Source: an uncultured delta proteobacterium (GTDB taxonomy: Bacteria; Myxococcota_A; Polyangia; Polyangiales; B10-G4). From it: a stretch of 64,000 nt of DNA. The translations under genes and the position numbers were made by a program. Below, one piece after another: positions 18,902 to 29,537 of this stretch (positions are counted from its first letter, which is position 1; each line of letters opens with the position of its first letter). The DNA lies in the NCBI GenBank assembly GCA_963727445.1, contig CAVSGI010000021.1:224001-288000 (forward strand), written 5' to 3'. The notes below the pieces were generated by a model that had not been told where the DNA came from, searched no databases, and saw only the letters and a program-made list of their open reading frames with translations.

Positions 18902-20050
18902 TCACTCCTCGAAGCAATACAGCGGGTGCGCGATGTCGCAGGTCGCGTCGAAGACGTCGAGCATCCGGGCGCGGAACGCCGACGTGTGATCGCCGAGCGT
19001 GCCCATGTCGGTGGCGAGGTTGCTCGTCCAGTCGTTGCAGTGGGCGCCCGCACTGCCGGTCCACGGGTCGAAGGAGTCGCGCACCCCGCCATCGGCGGTG
19101 AGGGTGATGAACGTGTCGAGCCAGTCCGGGAGCGGGCCGGCGACGTCGGCCGCCGTGGGCGCGAGGGGGATGCCGTCGGTGCGGACCCATGTCGGCCCGC
19201 CCGTGTCGAATCGATCGAAGTGGCCTTCGGTGGAGGTCAGAAGAAGCGCGAGAAAGCTACCGCTCAGCCCGGCGATGCGGGCCTCGTCGGCGCAGAACGC
19301 GTCCGCGTCCGCGCGTCCGGCTCCCGGGCTCCAGTTGCCCGCCGTTACGAAGGCGACGCGGCCCGTCGGGTCTCGGGTCGGAGCGAGCATCGTGTTCCGC
19401 CCGCGCTCGGCGCAGAAGAGCCCGAGGCGCGCGGTGCACGCGGTGGTCGTGCCGAGCGGTCCCGTCGCGCCTCCAGTGTTCGCCGTGGACCCCGCCATCG
19501 TGGAGCTCGCCCAGTTGCCGCATCGCTGCAACGCGGAGGTGCCACCGAACCACGCGAACTCGAGATCGAGTGCCGCGCCTCGCGCGTCGCGCCGAAGCGG
19601 ATGGAACATCGTGGTGTCGGTCCACTGCGAGGGCGTGTCCACGAGCGGGAGACCGGCCACGTCGACCCAACCGCGCGAGCCAGCGAGGGGATCGCTCGGA
19701 GTGGCGTCGTCGGTCCACAGGAGCGCGATGAACTCACCGTCGAGGCCGGCCGCCGTCGCCTCCGTGCTGCACAGACCGTCGGCGTCGGCACGCCCCCCGA
19801 AATCCCCCGGAATATCCGCGGCGAGGAAGAACGCGCGGTTGGCGGTGACAGCCGAGCCGTCCGCATCCAGAGGCCCGCCGTCGCCGGGCTCGGCATCTCC
19901 GCCGTCGAGAGATGCGGAGTCGCCCCCATCCCCCCCGTCCGAGCTCGTGGCCGAGTCAGAGGCCGCGTCGGCGCTGGCGAGCGCGTCGAAGTCGATGCGT
20001 CCACAGCCCGAAGCGCAGGCGAGCACGACGACGAACACCAGGCGAGCCAC
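18902..20050 (-). CDS. Lipoprotein with two endostatin-like (DUF1554-like) domains
   Basis: ASGC lipobox; internal duplication GGRADADGLC..AAGLDGEFIALL and GAGRADADAFC..IAGLSGSFLALL, each followed by C..W and L.C.E. Confidence 0.7.
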   Translation of the reverse strand: MARLVFVVVLACASGCGRIDFDALASADAASDSATSSDGGDGGDSASLDGGDAEPGDGGPLDADGSAVTANRAFFLAADIPGDFGGRADADGLCSTEATAAGLDGEFIALLWTDDATPSDPLAGSRGWVDVAGLPLVDTPSQWTDTTMFHPLRRDARGAALDLEFAWFGGTSALQRCGNWASSTMAGSTANTGGATGPLGTTTACTARLGLFCAERGRNTMLAPTRDPTGRVAFVTAGNWSPGAGRADADAFCADEARIAGLSGSFLALLLTSTEGHFDRFDTGGPTWVRTDGIPLAPTAADVAGPLPDWLDTFITLTADGGVRDSFDPWTGSAGAHCNDWTSNLATDMGTLGDHTSAFRARMLDVFDATCDIAHPLYCFEE

Positions 20051-20196
20051 GCCTCGACTCTACCCGGTCGCGGGGAGAACGTGACCCGAAGGCGGTCCGC
20101 CCCGTGCGGTTTGTCGCCTCAGGAACGCGCTGACCGCGAGACAGCCGCCGATGGCCCCCTTGGCTCGACCGCGTTTCCGCGGATCTCGGCGCGGCG

Positions 20197-20742
20197 CTAC
20201 CAAACCCGGCAATGCCACTGGTTGCCGCGGTACGCGCAGCGCTCGATCGCGCCGACCTGACCCGGATGGTCGAGGCAGTCGTCGAGCGCGGGCCGGACGA
20301 TCGTCTCGAAGCGATGCACTTCGGCCCGATCCTCCGTACGCGTGTGGACGCGTGCCTGCCAGCCCGCGCGCACGCGAGTCCAAGTGCGCTCCGGGAGCCG
20401 CTCCTCGTGGAACGCGCCCCAGACCCGCCGCGAAGACAGCCGCCAACCTCGCGTCCGACCGCGCGACGGTGTGAGCTCCGCCTCGAAGGCTCGATAGCCG
20501 TCTCCGTCGGGCGAGTAGACGGTGTGGACGCCCAAGAGGAGCCCGCCGTTCGTCAGTCCCTGGAGCTGTAGCCACCTCGCCGTGTCGTCCGCCGGACGGA
20601 AGCCACGCCGGAGCAGACTCGCCCGTGCGTCGCGCAGGCTCGCCACGCACGTGAAAGCGGGCTGCGCCGCGACGTGCGGCGGAGCCACGGGAACGAGAGC
20701 GACAGCCACCAACAGCCATCGAAGGATAGTCACGTCGTTCAC
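20197..20742 (-). CDS. Hypothetical secreted protein
   Basis: Signal-like N-terminus ending VAA-QP; fills the gap between co-oriented genes. Confidence 0.55.
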   Translation of the reverse strand: MNDVTILRWLLVAVALVPVAPPHVAAQPAFTCVASLRDARASLLRRGFRPADDTARWLQLQGLTNGGLLLGVHTVYSPDGDGYRAFEAELTPSRGRTRGWRLSSRRVWGAFHEERLPERTWTRVRAGWQARVHTRTEDRAEVHRFETIVRPALDDCLDHPGQVGAIERCAYRGNQWHCRVW

Positions 20743-20775
20743 CTACGCTGGGCGGGACCCCGCTGTTCCCACGGG

Positions 20776-23142
20776 TCAGATGTTGTCGCAGCGCGAATCC
20801 ACGTAACCGAGCAGCCGCAGCTGGTTACAGAGCTCGGCGTCGATCTGTGAATCGGCCTGCGGCAGGACCCGCGCTGGCTCGCTGCCCCCGCCGTGGATCC
20901 AGTCGCGTCGATCCGAGACGCCGAGATACTGCCCCAGCATGATGCGCAGGTAGCGGAGCGCGATGCGGCTCTGGTCGCCGAGGTCGAGCTCGTGCTGTTC
21001 GCCGGGATCGGCCTCGAGGTCGAACATCGTCCAGCGCAGGTTGCCGCGCAGGATCAGCTTCCAGCGGCCGGCGCGGACCACGCGGCGGTCGTCCATGAAG
21101 TCGCTGAAGGCGAGGGGCGGCCGGTTCGGCGGGGAGCCGCGGAGGTAGCCGAGGAGCGAGCCGCCCTCGAAGGCCTCGGGGATCGCCACCCCGCTCGCCT
21201 CGAGCACGGTGGGCGAGATGTCCATGGTGCTCACCACCTGCGGAACGCGACGCCCCGCAGCCTCGGCGGCCGGCCAGCGCACCATCAGCGGCACGTGCAA
21301 GAGCTCCTGGTAGACGGAGTGGCCATGGCCCCACGAGCCGTGGTCGTTGAACTCCTCGCCGTGGTCCGAAGTGACGACGAAGATCATGTCTTCGAAGAGG
21401 CCGAGCTCCTTCAGCTTGTCGATGAAGGGCCCGAAGTAGCGGTCGTGGTAGGTGATCTCCCCGTCGTGGAGGTCCTTCAGGCGCTGCTGGTCGGCAGCGG
21501 TGAAGACCACGCGCGGCGGGTTGCGCTTGGCGTCCTCGAGGAGCTGCGCCGTCATGCGGTTGCTCACCTGGCCCGAGTAGTTTTCTGGGTGCGGGTCGTA
21601 GAGCTGGAGCATCTCGTCCGGCGGGTCGTAGACCACGTGGGGATCGATGGTCTGGATGTAGACGAAGAAGCGCTCGTCTTTGTGCTCCTCGATCCAGTCC
21701 GCGGCCTCGCGAAAGACGTTGTCCGCGCCGGAGTTGCGGTTCTCGCGGATGTAGTTGGTGTAGTGGTCCCAGCCCTGGTCGAAGCCGAAGCGATCCGAGA
21801 CGTAGCCGTTGGCGAGGAAGGTCGCGGTGGAGAAGCCCGCGTCCTTGAAGACCTCGCTGACCATGAGCGCCGCGTCGGGGAGGCTCGCCGCGTCGGCCTT
21901 GGTGCCGTGGGTCATCGGCGTGAGGCAGGTGAGGATCGAAGCGACGCTCGGCTTGGTCCAGTTCTCCGGCGCCTGGGCCCGCTCGAAGATGGTGGCCTCT
22001 TCCGCGAAGCCGTCGAGGTTGGGCGTCTGCACGCGGCTCCGCGGGTTGTACGGGTGGAGCTTGTCGGCGCGCAGGGTGTCGATGGTCAGCACCACGACGT
22101 TGTGCGCCTCGCCCGGCACGCGCTCCTGCTCGGGCATGGGAACCACGAGCTGTGGGCCGGCCCACGCGACGGTGGCGCCTTCGGGGCCTTCGCTCTCGAG
22201 CTCGAGTCGCACCACCTGGCCGGCGTAGGCGGCGAGATCGAGGAGGTGATCGCGCCACGAGGTCGCGACGTCGCCCGAGAGCAGCTCCGAGGCCTCGCCG
22301 ACTGCAGGGGTCACGTTCACCTTCGCCGTCGCACCCTCGGCGCTCGCGCCCAGCCCGAAGGAGAGCTTCCCGGCCTCGGGCACCTGCACGTAGAAGTGCA
22401 CCTTCGCGCCGGCGGGCGTGACCAGCGCGCGGCGCTGCGCCCCTGCGAGCTCGTGGGCGACGACCCACTCCGCCGGCAGCGGGCGTCCCTCCGCCGCGCC
22501 CTCGCGCGCGAGGTGTACGTCGTAGACGGCCGCCGACACGTCCTGGCCGCCGACGTTGCGGGTGCTCGTCGCGCGCAGGCGCAGCTGGTTCTCTCCCCGC
22601 CGCATGCTCGCAGCCGGGATGGGCACCTCGACCGTCTGCACGCTGCTCCCGCTGAGGTCGATGGTGCGCAGGGTCTCGCCGTTCATGTAGGCGACGATCT
22701 GATCGGTGCCGACCTTCTTCAGGCGGATGCGCGCCGTGAGATCCTCGGGCGTATCGAGATGGAAGTAGAGGTTGCCGAGGGCGCCGAGGTTGGTGAAGGT
22801 GCCGTCGTCGTCGGCGCCGTCCTCGCCCCAGTCGCTGTGCCAGCGGCCGGAGGTGTACTTGAAGCGCGCCGGCGTCCCCATGTCGATGAAGGTGCCGCCG
22901 ACGTCGACCTCGGCCAGGTGGGCCAGGGCGGTCAGGTCGAGGTGGGTGCGCATGCCCTCGAGGCCCGCGCGCGCGGCGACGCTTTCGTCATCGGAGGGGG
23001 GGGCCTCCTCCCCCTCGGCGGCCCGACCCTCGGCGCTCTCGCCCTCGGCGCCCTCGCCTCCGGACTCGCTCTCGCCGCAGCTCCCGCAGGCGACCGCCGA
23101 AAAGAGGGCTGAAAATCCCAGAACTACCAACAAACGACGCAT
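20776..23142 (-). CDS. Sulfatase-like (alkaline phosphatase superfamily) lipoprotein with N-terminal beta-sandwich domains
   Basis: VACGSC lipobox; TIDTLRAD, ENWTKPSVASILT, DPHVVY, TSDHGEEF, WGHGHS, VPL, FDLEADPGEQ, LRLLGYV. Confidence 0.88.
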   Translation of the reverse strand: MRRLLVVLGFSALFSAVACGSCGESESGGEGAEGESAEGRAAEGEEAPPSDDESVAARAGLEGMRTHLDLTALAHLAEVDVGGTFIDMGTPARFKYTSGRWHSDWGEDGADDDGTFTNLGALGNLYFHLDTPEDLTARIRLKKVGTDQIVAYMNGETLRTIDLSGSSVQTVEVPIPAASMRRGENQLRLRATSTRNVGGQDVSAAVYDVHLAREGAAEGRPLPAEWVVAHELAGAQRRALVTPAGAKVHFYVQVPEAGKLSFGLGASAEGATAKVNVTPAVGEASELLSGDVATSWRDHLLDLAAYAGQVVRLELESEGPEGATVAWAGPQLVVPMPEQERVPGEAHNVVVLTIDTLRADKLHPYNPRSRVQTPNLDGFAEEATIFERAQAPENWTKPSVASILTCLTPMTHGTKADAASLPDAALMVSEVFKDAGFSTATFLANGYVSDRFGFDQGWDHYTNYIRENRNSGADNVFREAADWIEEHKDERFFVYIQTIDPHVVYDPPDEMLQLYDPHPENYSGQVSNRMTAQLLEDAKRNPPRVVFTAADQQRLKDLHDGEITYHDRYFGPFIDKLKELGLFEDMIFVVTSDHGEEFNDHGSWGHGHSVYQELLHVPLMVRWPAAEAAGRRVPQVVSTMDISPTVLEASGVAIPEAFEGGSLLGYLRGSPPNRPPLAFSDFMDDRRVVRAGRWKLILRGNLRWTMFDLEADPGEQHELDLGDQSRIALRYLRIMLGQYLGVSDRRDWIHGGGSEPARVLPQADSQIDAELCNQLRLLGYVDSRCDNI

Positions 23143-23244
23143 TCCGATCCTCCGGCGCGGGGGAGTGTAGCGCGCGGACTCCCTCGCCACACCCCCAGCT
23201 AGACGACCCGCCCATGGGCGCGCATTCCGTACACCCAGACGCCG

Positions 23245-24303
23245 CTATTGGCCGCCGGTAGCCTCTTCTTCTTCGGTGGCCGCGGCTTCGGCCGCCGAAC
23301 GGAGGTGCGCGACGACCTCCTCGCGCCGCGCGATCAGCGCGCTGCGATCGTGGGCGAAGGTCTCGATGAAGTCTCCGTAGTCCAGGGCCAGGAGCATCTC
23401 GAGCGCGACCTTTCCGTCGTGATCGTAGAGCCACCACAGCGGCCTCTCTCGCGGAGACGCGAGGTGTGGCGGCGGCCCACTCGGATCCTCCATGTATGCG
23501 AGCTCGGTCTCGATGCGCTGGCGGAACATCCCGTCGGTGTGTGCGCGGTCGAGGAGCAACCCGGTCGAGCGCTCGATGGCGGCGCGGCCGATCAGGTAAT
23601 CACGGATCAGCGCCTGACGCATGCTCAGAGACGCGAGATCGGCCGACGCGAGGACTTCGGCGAGGGCGCGCGCCGCCCCCCGGGATCGAGGCCCACTCAC
23701 CCGCAGCGAGAGCGCGTCGGCGGCGGCGAGCGCGAGGCCGAGAGTCATCTGCCCGACGCGGCACGAGACGAGATCGATGCAGTTCGACGCGTAGTCCAGC
23801 GCTTGCTCCCACATCCTTGTCGCCTCTCGAAAGCGGGGGGACGCGTCTTCCCTCGAGGCGTGGAGCAAGAGGTCCAGGTAGATCAGGCGAAAGACGCGGA
23901 TCGTCTCGAGGCCGTTCGAGTCTCCCAGCAGCGGCGCGTCCGGGACGAAGCGGGGGCGCGTCTGAAAGTCGCGGATCGCCGCCGGCACGTCCTGTCGGGG
24001 CTCCCGAAGCGCGGGGTCGAGGGCATCGACGAGGGCCCAGGTCTCTTCCGCTGTCTGCTCGTCGTAACGGGCCGCCAGATCCGTCAGCTCGTCGGTCGGC
24101 GCGGGAAGGCCGGTCAGCGGGAGGAGGTGGTAGGCGTTTTGTTCCGGGGGCGGCGCGGCGGCCATATCCGCGGTCGTGAAGAGCGGAGGCTCGATGGGCC
24201 GAATGTGATGCGCCCCGACCCACACGACCACGGGCAGGACCACCACCGCTCCGAAGAGGGCGAGCCACTTCGCGAAGGCCGGCCTACCGTCCTTCTTCTT
24301 CAC
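23245..24303 (-). CDS. Hypothetical single-TM alpha-helical protein
   Basis: GTG 24303 preceded by GGAGGAG; KKKDGR followed by a hydrophobic anchor. Confidence 0.7.
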   Translation of the reverse strand: MKKKDGRPAFAKWLALFGAVVVLPVVVWVGAHHIRPIEPPLFTTADMAAAPPPEQNAYHLLPLTGLPAPTDELTDLAARYDEQTAEETWALVDALDPALREPRQDVPAAIRDFQTRPRFVPDAPLLGDSNGLETIRVFRLIYLDLLLHASREDASPRFREATRMWEQALDYASNCIDLVSCRVGQMTLGLALAAADALSLRVSGPRSRGAARALAEVLASADLASLSMRQALIRDYLIGRAAIERSTGLLLDRAHTDGMFRQRIETELAYMEDPSGPPPHLASPRERPLWWLYDHDGKVALEMLLALDYGDFIETFAHDRSALIARREEVVAHLRSAAEAAATEEEEATGGQ

Positions 24304-24478
24304 ATCTCCTCCACGTCTCCATGGGTCCCGAGGGGCCGAACGGCGAGCAGGATAGGGGAATAACACCCCCAACCAAGGGGTTTCGGCGGCCGGCTCGACC
24401 CTCGAAGCGCGCCACGCTTGACGCGCGGACGGGCACTGACTAACCCGGCTCCACCCCAACCACGAAACGGGTGCCTCG

Positions 24479-25461
<983 letters not shown>

Positions 25462-25465
<4 letters not shown>

Positions 25466-26197
25466 AGAACGTCGCGCTCATCGTGAGCCGCGAGCTCGCG
25501 AGCTATCTGAAGACCCCCAGCGGCTACGTCATCGCCGGCGTGATGCTCTTCTTCCAGGGGCTGGTCTTCAACGGCTATGCGGTCGGCGACCAGCCGAGCC
25601 TCTCGACCGAGGTGCTGCTTCGCTTCCTCGAGGTCTCGGGCGGTCTGACCATCGTCACCGGCGTCCTGTTCTCCATGCGCCTGCTCGCCGAGGAGCGCGC
25701 CAACGGGACGATGACCCTGCTCTTCACCTCGCCCGTGAAAGAGGGCGAGATCGTCCTCGGCAAGTACCTCGCCTCCCTCGCCTTCATCGCCATGGTCATC
25801 CTGGCGAGCCTGTATCTACCGGCGCTGATCTTCGTGAAGGGCAAGGTCTCCTACGGGCACATCGCCTGCGGCTACCTGGGGCTCTTCCTTCTCGGCGCCT
25901 CGACCCTGGCGGTGGGCACCTTCGCCTCGTCGCTGGTGAAGCATCCCTTCCTCGCGGTGCTCCTCACGGGCGGCTTCGCCGCGGTCCTCGAGGCGACCTT
26001 CTGGGTCGCGCGGATCGAGCGATCCCGACACGCCCGCATCCACGACCATCCTCGGCGCGTTCTCGCCCTACTACACACACTTCCGCAATTTCCGGAACGG
26101 CATCGTGCAGCTCAGCGATCTCGTCTTCTTCGCCTCGATGATCTACGTGTCGCTGATCGCGGCCACGCGGGTCCTCAAGGCCCAGAGGTGGCGCTGA
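25462..26197 (+). CDS. ABC-2 permease (GldF-like), +1 frameshift near 26017
   Basis: RELASYLKTPSGY, MRLLAEERANGT, IVLGKYLA; the +1 frame continues SPYYTHFRNFRNGIVQLSDLVFF..LKAQRWR* with TGA 26195-26197. Confidence 0.85.
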
Positions 26198-28281
26198 TGA
26201 AACGCTCGAGCGTCCTCGGTGTGGTCGCGCTGGTCGTCGGCCTCATCTTCATCGTCATCGCCCAGAAGGTCCTCGAAGAGGGCCTCGCGCACGACATCTT
26301 CCTGTGGCTCGGCGTCCTCGGCGTCGCCGCCGACACCGCCCAGCGAGCGTTCTTCCGCACCAAGGCGCCGCCCGCGGCGCAGCCAGCGGAGACCGCGCTG
26401 CTCCTCGCCAGCGCGGGGGTGCTGCTGTCCATCGCGCTCTACGGCCTGTCCACCCCCGCCGGCCTCGAGATGCTCGGCGTCAATCCCACCGCCGAGGGTG
26501 ACCGCATCGGGCCCATCCTCGGCGTGACCTGGCCGGCGCTCCTGATCGTGAGCGGCATGGCGCTCCTCTTCATGGAGCTCGCCTACCGGAGGATGCCGAT
26601 CCCGGAGGCGGTGGAGATGCGCCGCATCACCGCGGCCGCCTTCGACGGCATCGCCATCGCCCTCGCCGTGGTCTTCGTCTTCTCGATGAACTTCGTCGCT
26701 CACGAGCGCGAGTGGCGCAAGGACCTCACCTATTTCAAGACCTCGCGGCCGAGCGAGACCGCCCTCCGCATGGTGCGCTCCCTGAACGAGCCGGTGCACG
26801 CCGTGCTCTTCTTCCCCGAGGTCAACGACGTGCGCGAGCAGGTCGAGCCCTACTTCGAGGAGCTCGCCGCGGCCTCCGAGGACTTCGACTACGAGGTCCG
26901 CGACCACGCCCTGGCGCCGGAGATCGCGCGCCAGCATCGCGTCAGCGGCAACGGCAACATCGTTCTGTTGCGCGGTGAGGGAGACGCCCAGCAGGCGGAG
27001 ACCTTCGACGTGGGGACCGAGCTCGAGGTCGCGCGCAGCCGGCTCCGGACCCTCGACGGGCGCTTTCAGCGCACCTTCGCCCGCCTGGTGATGCAGCGAC
27101 GCGAGCTGCACATCACCACCGGTCACGACGAGCGCAATCAGGCGGGGGTGGAAGGCGCGACGCCGGGCGAGCGCACCACCGATCTGATGGACGCCCTCGG
27201 ACGCTCCAACATCACGACGCGTCCCCTCGGCATGGCCCAGGGGCTCGCGAGCGAGGTGCCGCCGGGGGCCCCGGCTGTCGCGGTGATCGGTCCGCGCAAG
27301 CCCTTCCTTCCGGAAGAAGCAGAGTCGCTGCTGCGCTACGTGAAGCAGGGCGGCCGCCTCATGGTGATGGTCGATCCCGATGTCGATTCCGGCCTCGACC
27401 CATTGCTCCACGGCCTCGGCGTGCAGCTCGAGCCGGGCGTCCTCACCTCCGACCGCGACTTCCTGCGCCGCACCGGCACCCTGGCGGATCGCACGATCGT
27501 GCGGACCAGCCGCTACTCGGCGCACCCCACCGTGACCATCGTCAACCGCAACGCCGCGCAGGTGGCCTCGGTCTTCATCCGCGGCGGCGCGCTCACGCGC
27601 TACGAAGGTCCGGACGCGACCGAGGGGCTGACAGTCGACTTCCCGATGAGGAGCGGCGACGGGTTCTGGCTCGACACGAACGACGACTACACCCGTGACG
27701 GCGAGGAAGAGGCCGGCACCTACGACATGATGGCCGCGGTCAGCGTCCCCGCGGAGGGCGAGGGCGAGGACGGCCGCGCGGTGATCATCGCCGACGGCGA
27801 CTTCATCACCGACCAGGTGGTCCGCAACCCGGGCAACCTCCTGCTCTTCGGCGACGTGGTGCAGTGGCTGCTCGGCCAGGAGCAGATCGTCGGCGAGGTC
27901 ACCACCGAGGAGGACGTGCGCATCGAGCACAGCGCCGAGGAGGATCGCCTCTGGTTCTGGGGCACCAGCTTCGGGGCCCCAATCCCCCTCTTCGCCATCG
28001 CCATCTGGGTCGGCCTCGGTCGAAGCCGGCGGGGGTCGCGGCGCGATCCGGCGCCGGCCAAGAAGGGGCCGCGCGTGGAGGCGAAGCCGAAGGAAGAAGA
28101 CGAGGAAGAGGAAGAAGATTCGGATTCGGATTCGGATTCGGATTCGGACTCGGATTCGGACTCGGACTCGGACTCGGAGACGGATTCGGACTCGGAGACG
28201 GATTCGGACTCGGAGACGGACTCGGACGAAGAGGACGAAGAGGACGAAGAGGACGAAGAGGACGAGGAGGACGACAAGTGA
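26197..28281 (+). CDS. GldG-family ABC auxiliary protein with N-terminal TMs and acidic repeat tail
   Basis: DLTYFKTSRPS, TTGHDER, GPRKPF..E..YVKQGGRLMVMVDP, IADGDF, GNLLLF..WL, C-terminal TM; TGATG coupling to the permease. Confidence 0.85.
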   Translation: MKRSSVLGVVALVVGLIFIVIAQKVLEEGLAHDIFLWLGVLGVAADTAQRAFFRTKAPPAAQPAETALLLASAGVLLSIALYGLSTPAGLEMLGVNPTAEGDRIGPILGVTWPALLIVSGMALLFMELAYRRMPIPEAVEMRRITAAAFDGIAIALAVVFVFSMNFVAHEREWRKDLTYFKTSRPSETALRMVRSLNEPVHAVLFFPEVNDVREQVEPYFEELAAASEDFDYEVRDHALAPEIARQHRVSGNGNIVLLRGEGDAQQAETFDVGTELEVARSRLRTLDGRFQRTFARLVMQRRELHITTGHDERNQAGVEGATPGERTTDLMDALGRSNITTRPLGMAQGLASEVPPGAPAVAVIGPRKPFLPEEAESLLRYVKQGGRLMVMVDPDVDSGLDPLLHGLGVQLEPGVLTSDRDFLRRTGTLADRTIVRTSRYSAHPTVTIVNRNAAQVASVFIRGGALTRYEGPDATEGLTVDFPMRSGDGFWLDTNDDYTRDGEEEAGTYDMMAAVSVPAEGEGEDGRAVIIADGDFITDQVVRNPGNLLLFGDVVQWLLGQEQIVGEVTTEEDVRIEHSAEEDRLWFWGTSFGAPIPLFAIAIWVGLGRSRRGSRRDPAPAKKGPRVEAKPKEEDEEEEEDSDSDSDSDSDSDSDSDSDSETDSDSETDSDSETDSDEEDEEDEEDEEDEEDDK
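28093..28275 (+). repeat. Coding tandem repeats: (GAYTCG)n, three ETDSD(S) units, (GARGAGGAC)n
   Basis: Directly visible; encodes EEDEEEEE(DS)10 ETDSDS ETDSDS ETDSD (EED)5. Confidence 0.95.
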
Positions 28282-29537
28282 AAACGCTCAGCCTTCACAT
28301 CGGCCTCGCCATCATCGGCCTCGCCTGGGCCTACGTCGTGTGGACCTCGGACGCGCCCGAAGAGGAGGGCGGAGATGGGGTGGTGGTCGTCGACTGCACC
28401 CCGGAGCACCTCACCCGCCTCACCTTCGAGAGCGATCGGCGCACCGCGGTGCTCGAGCCGCGGGGCGAAGGGGACCAGCGGTCCTGGTGGATCACGGTCA
28501 CCCGCACGCCGGAGAACGGCGAGCCCACCGAGGTGGAGTTCGTCACCAACGAAGGGATCGAGGAGTACCTGGGATCGGTCGCGCCTCTCGAGGCGGTTCG
28601 CTCCCTCGGCGAGGTGGAGCCCGACCTCTACGAGGAGCTCGAGCTCGACGAGGAGCATCGCTCGACGCTCTCGGAGGTCTGCGGCGATCACGAGGCGACC
28701 TTCTACGTGGGCGGCTCGACCTTCGGCACCGGCGATCGCTACCTCGTCCGCGCGGATGGCGGGCCCGTCTATCTGCTCAGCGGCGAGATCGTGCGTGGTC
28801 TCGAGAACGCGGAGTTCCAGCTGATGCAGCGTGAGCTCCACGCCTTCGACATGACGGAGGTGAGCGGGCTCGAGGTGTCTGCGTCAGGCCAACACAAGGC
28901 GCTCACTCAGCGCGACTTTCGCAATCCGCAGGCCGCGGCCTGGGTGGATTCCGACAACCCCGACCGCATCAACGAGCTCTACGGCAACTGGCTCGACCGC
29001 CTGTCGCGGCTGCGCGTCCAGGCCTACCTGCCCCTCGACGCCGAGCCGGGGGCCGATCTCGACGACGTCGACGTCGCGCCCGAGCCCGTCTTCGAGCTCA
29101 GCTGGAAGGGCGAGGACGGCGACGAGATCGGACACCTCGAGATGGTGAAGCTGCCCCTCGACCGTCCCGTCTACTACGCGCGGAGCGAGGCCACCCGCGC
29201 CTGGGTACGCGTCGTGGCGACGACGGCGCAGCAGGTCGAGGACGACACCCGCGCCGTGGTCGGCCTGCCGCCGCTCGAGCGTCCGGTCCCCGAAGGGCCG
29301 GTCCCGCCCGGGGAGAGCCCGGGCTCCGACGAGCCTTCCATGGAAGGCGGCGGCGCGGGCATCGCCACGCCGCCCCATGGCGCGATGCCCTCACCGCACG
29401 GCGCAGCTCCCTCGCCGCACGGGTCTGCGCCGTCACCGCATGGCGCGATGCCGGCGCCCGCCCCCGCGGTCCCCGCGACACCCGCGGCGCCCCTGCATCC
29501 CACGATGGCGCATCCCGCCCCGACGGGCGCCGAGTGA
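28278..29537 (+). CDS. DUF4340 domain protein
   Basis: GTGA overlap with GldG; N-terminal TM; two repeats of L..L.A..L.L..G..Y.R..VY; usual fourth gene of Gld-like ABC operons. Confidence 0.8.
   Translation: MKTLSLHIGLAIIGLAWAYVVWTSDAPEEEGGDGVVVVDCTPEHLTRLTFESDRRTAVLEPRGEGDQRSWWITVTRTPENGEPTEVEFVTNEGIEEYLGSVAPLEAVRSLGEVEPDLYEELELDEEHRSTLSEVCGDHEATFYVGGSTFGTGDRYLVRADGGPVYLLSGEIVRGLENAEFQLMQRELHAFDMTEVSGLEVSASGQHKALTQRDFRNPQAAAWVDSDNPDRINELYGNWLDRLSRLRVQAYLPLDAEPGADLDDVDVAPEPVFELSWKGEDGDEIGHLEMVKLPLDRPVYYARSEATRAWVRVVATTAQQVEDDTRAVVGLPPLERPVPEGPVPPGESPGSDEPSMEGGGAGIATPPHGAMPSPHGAAPSPHGSAPSPHGAMPAPAPAVPATPAAPLHPTMAHPAPTGAE

Noticed and set aside
17627..20196. Search for a RiPP precursor peptide beside the HExxH gene
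   Set aside because: Flanking gaps are 66, 12 and about 146 bp with no credible small ORF with RBS
28117..28275. Repeat array considered as CRISPR or a non-coding array
   Set aside because: 6-18 bp in-frame coding units with no unique spacers and no cas genes
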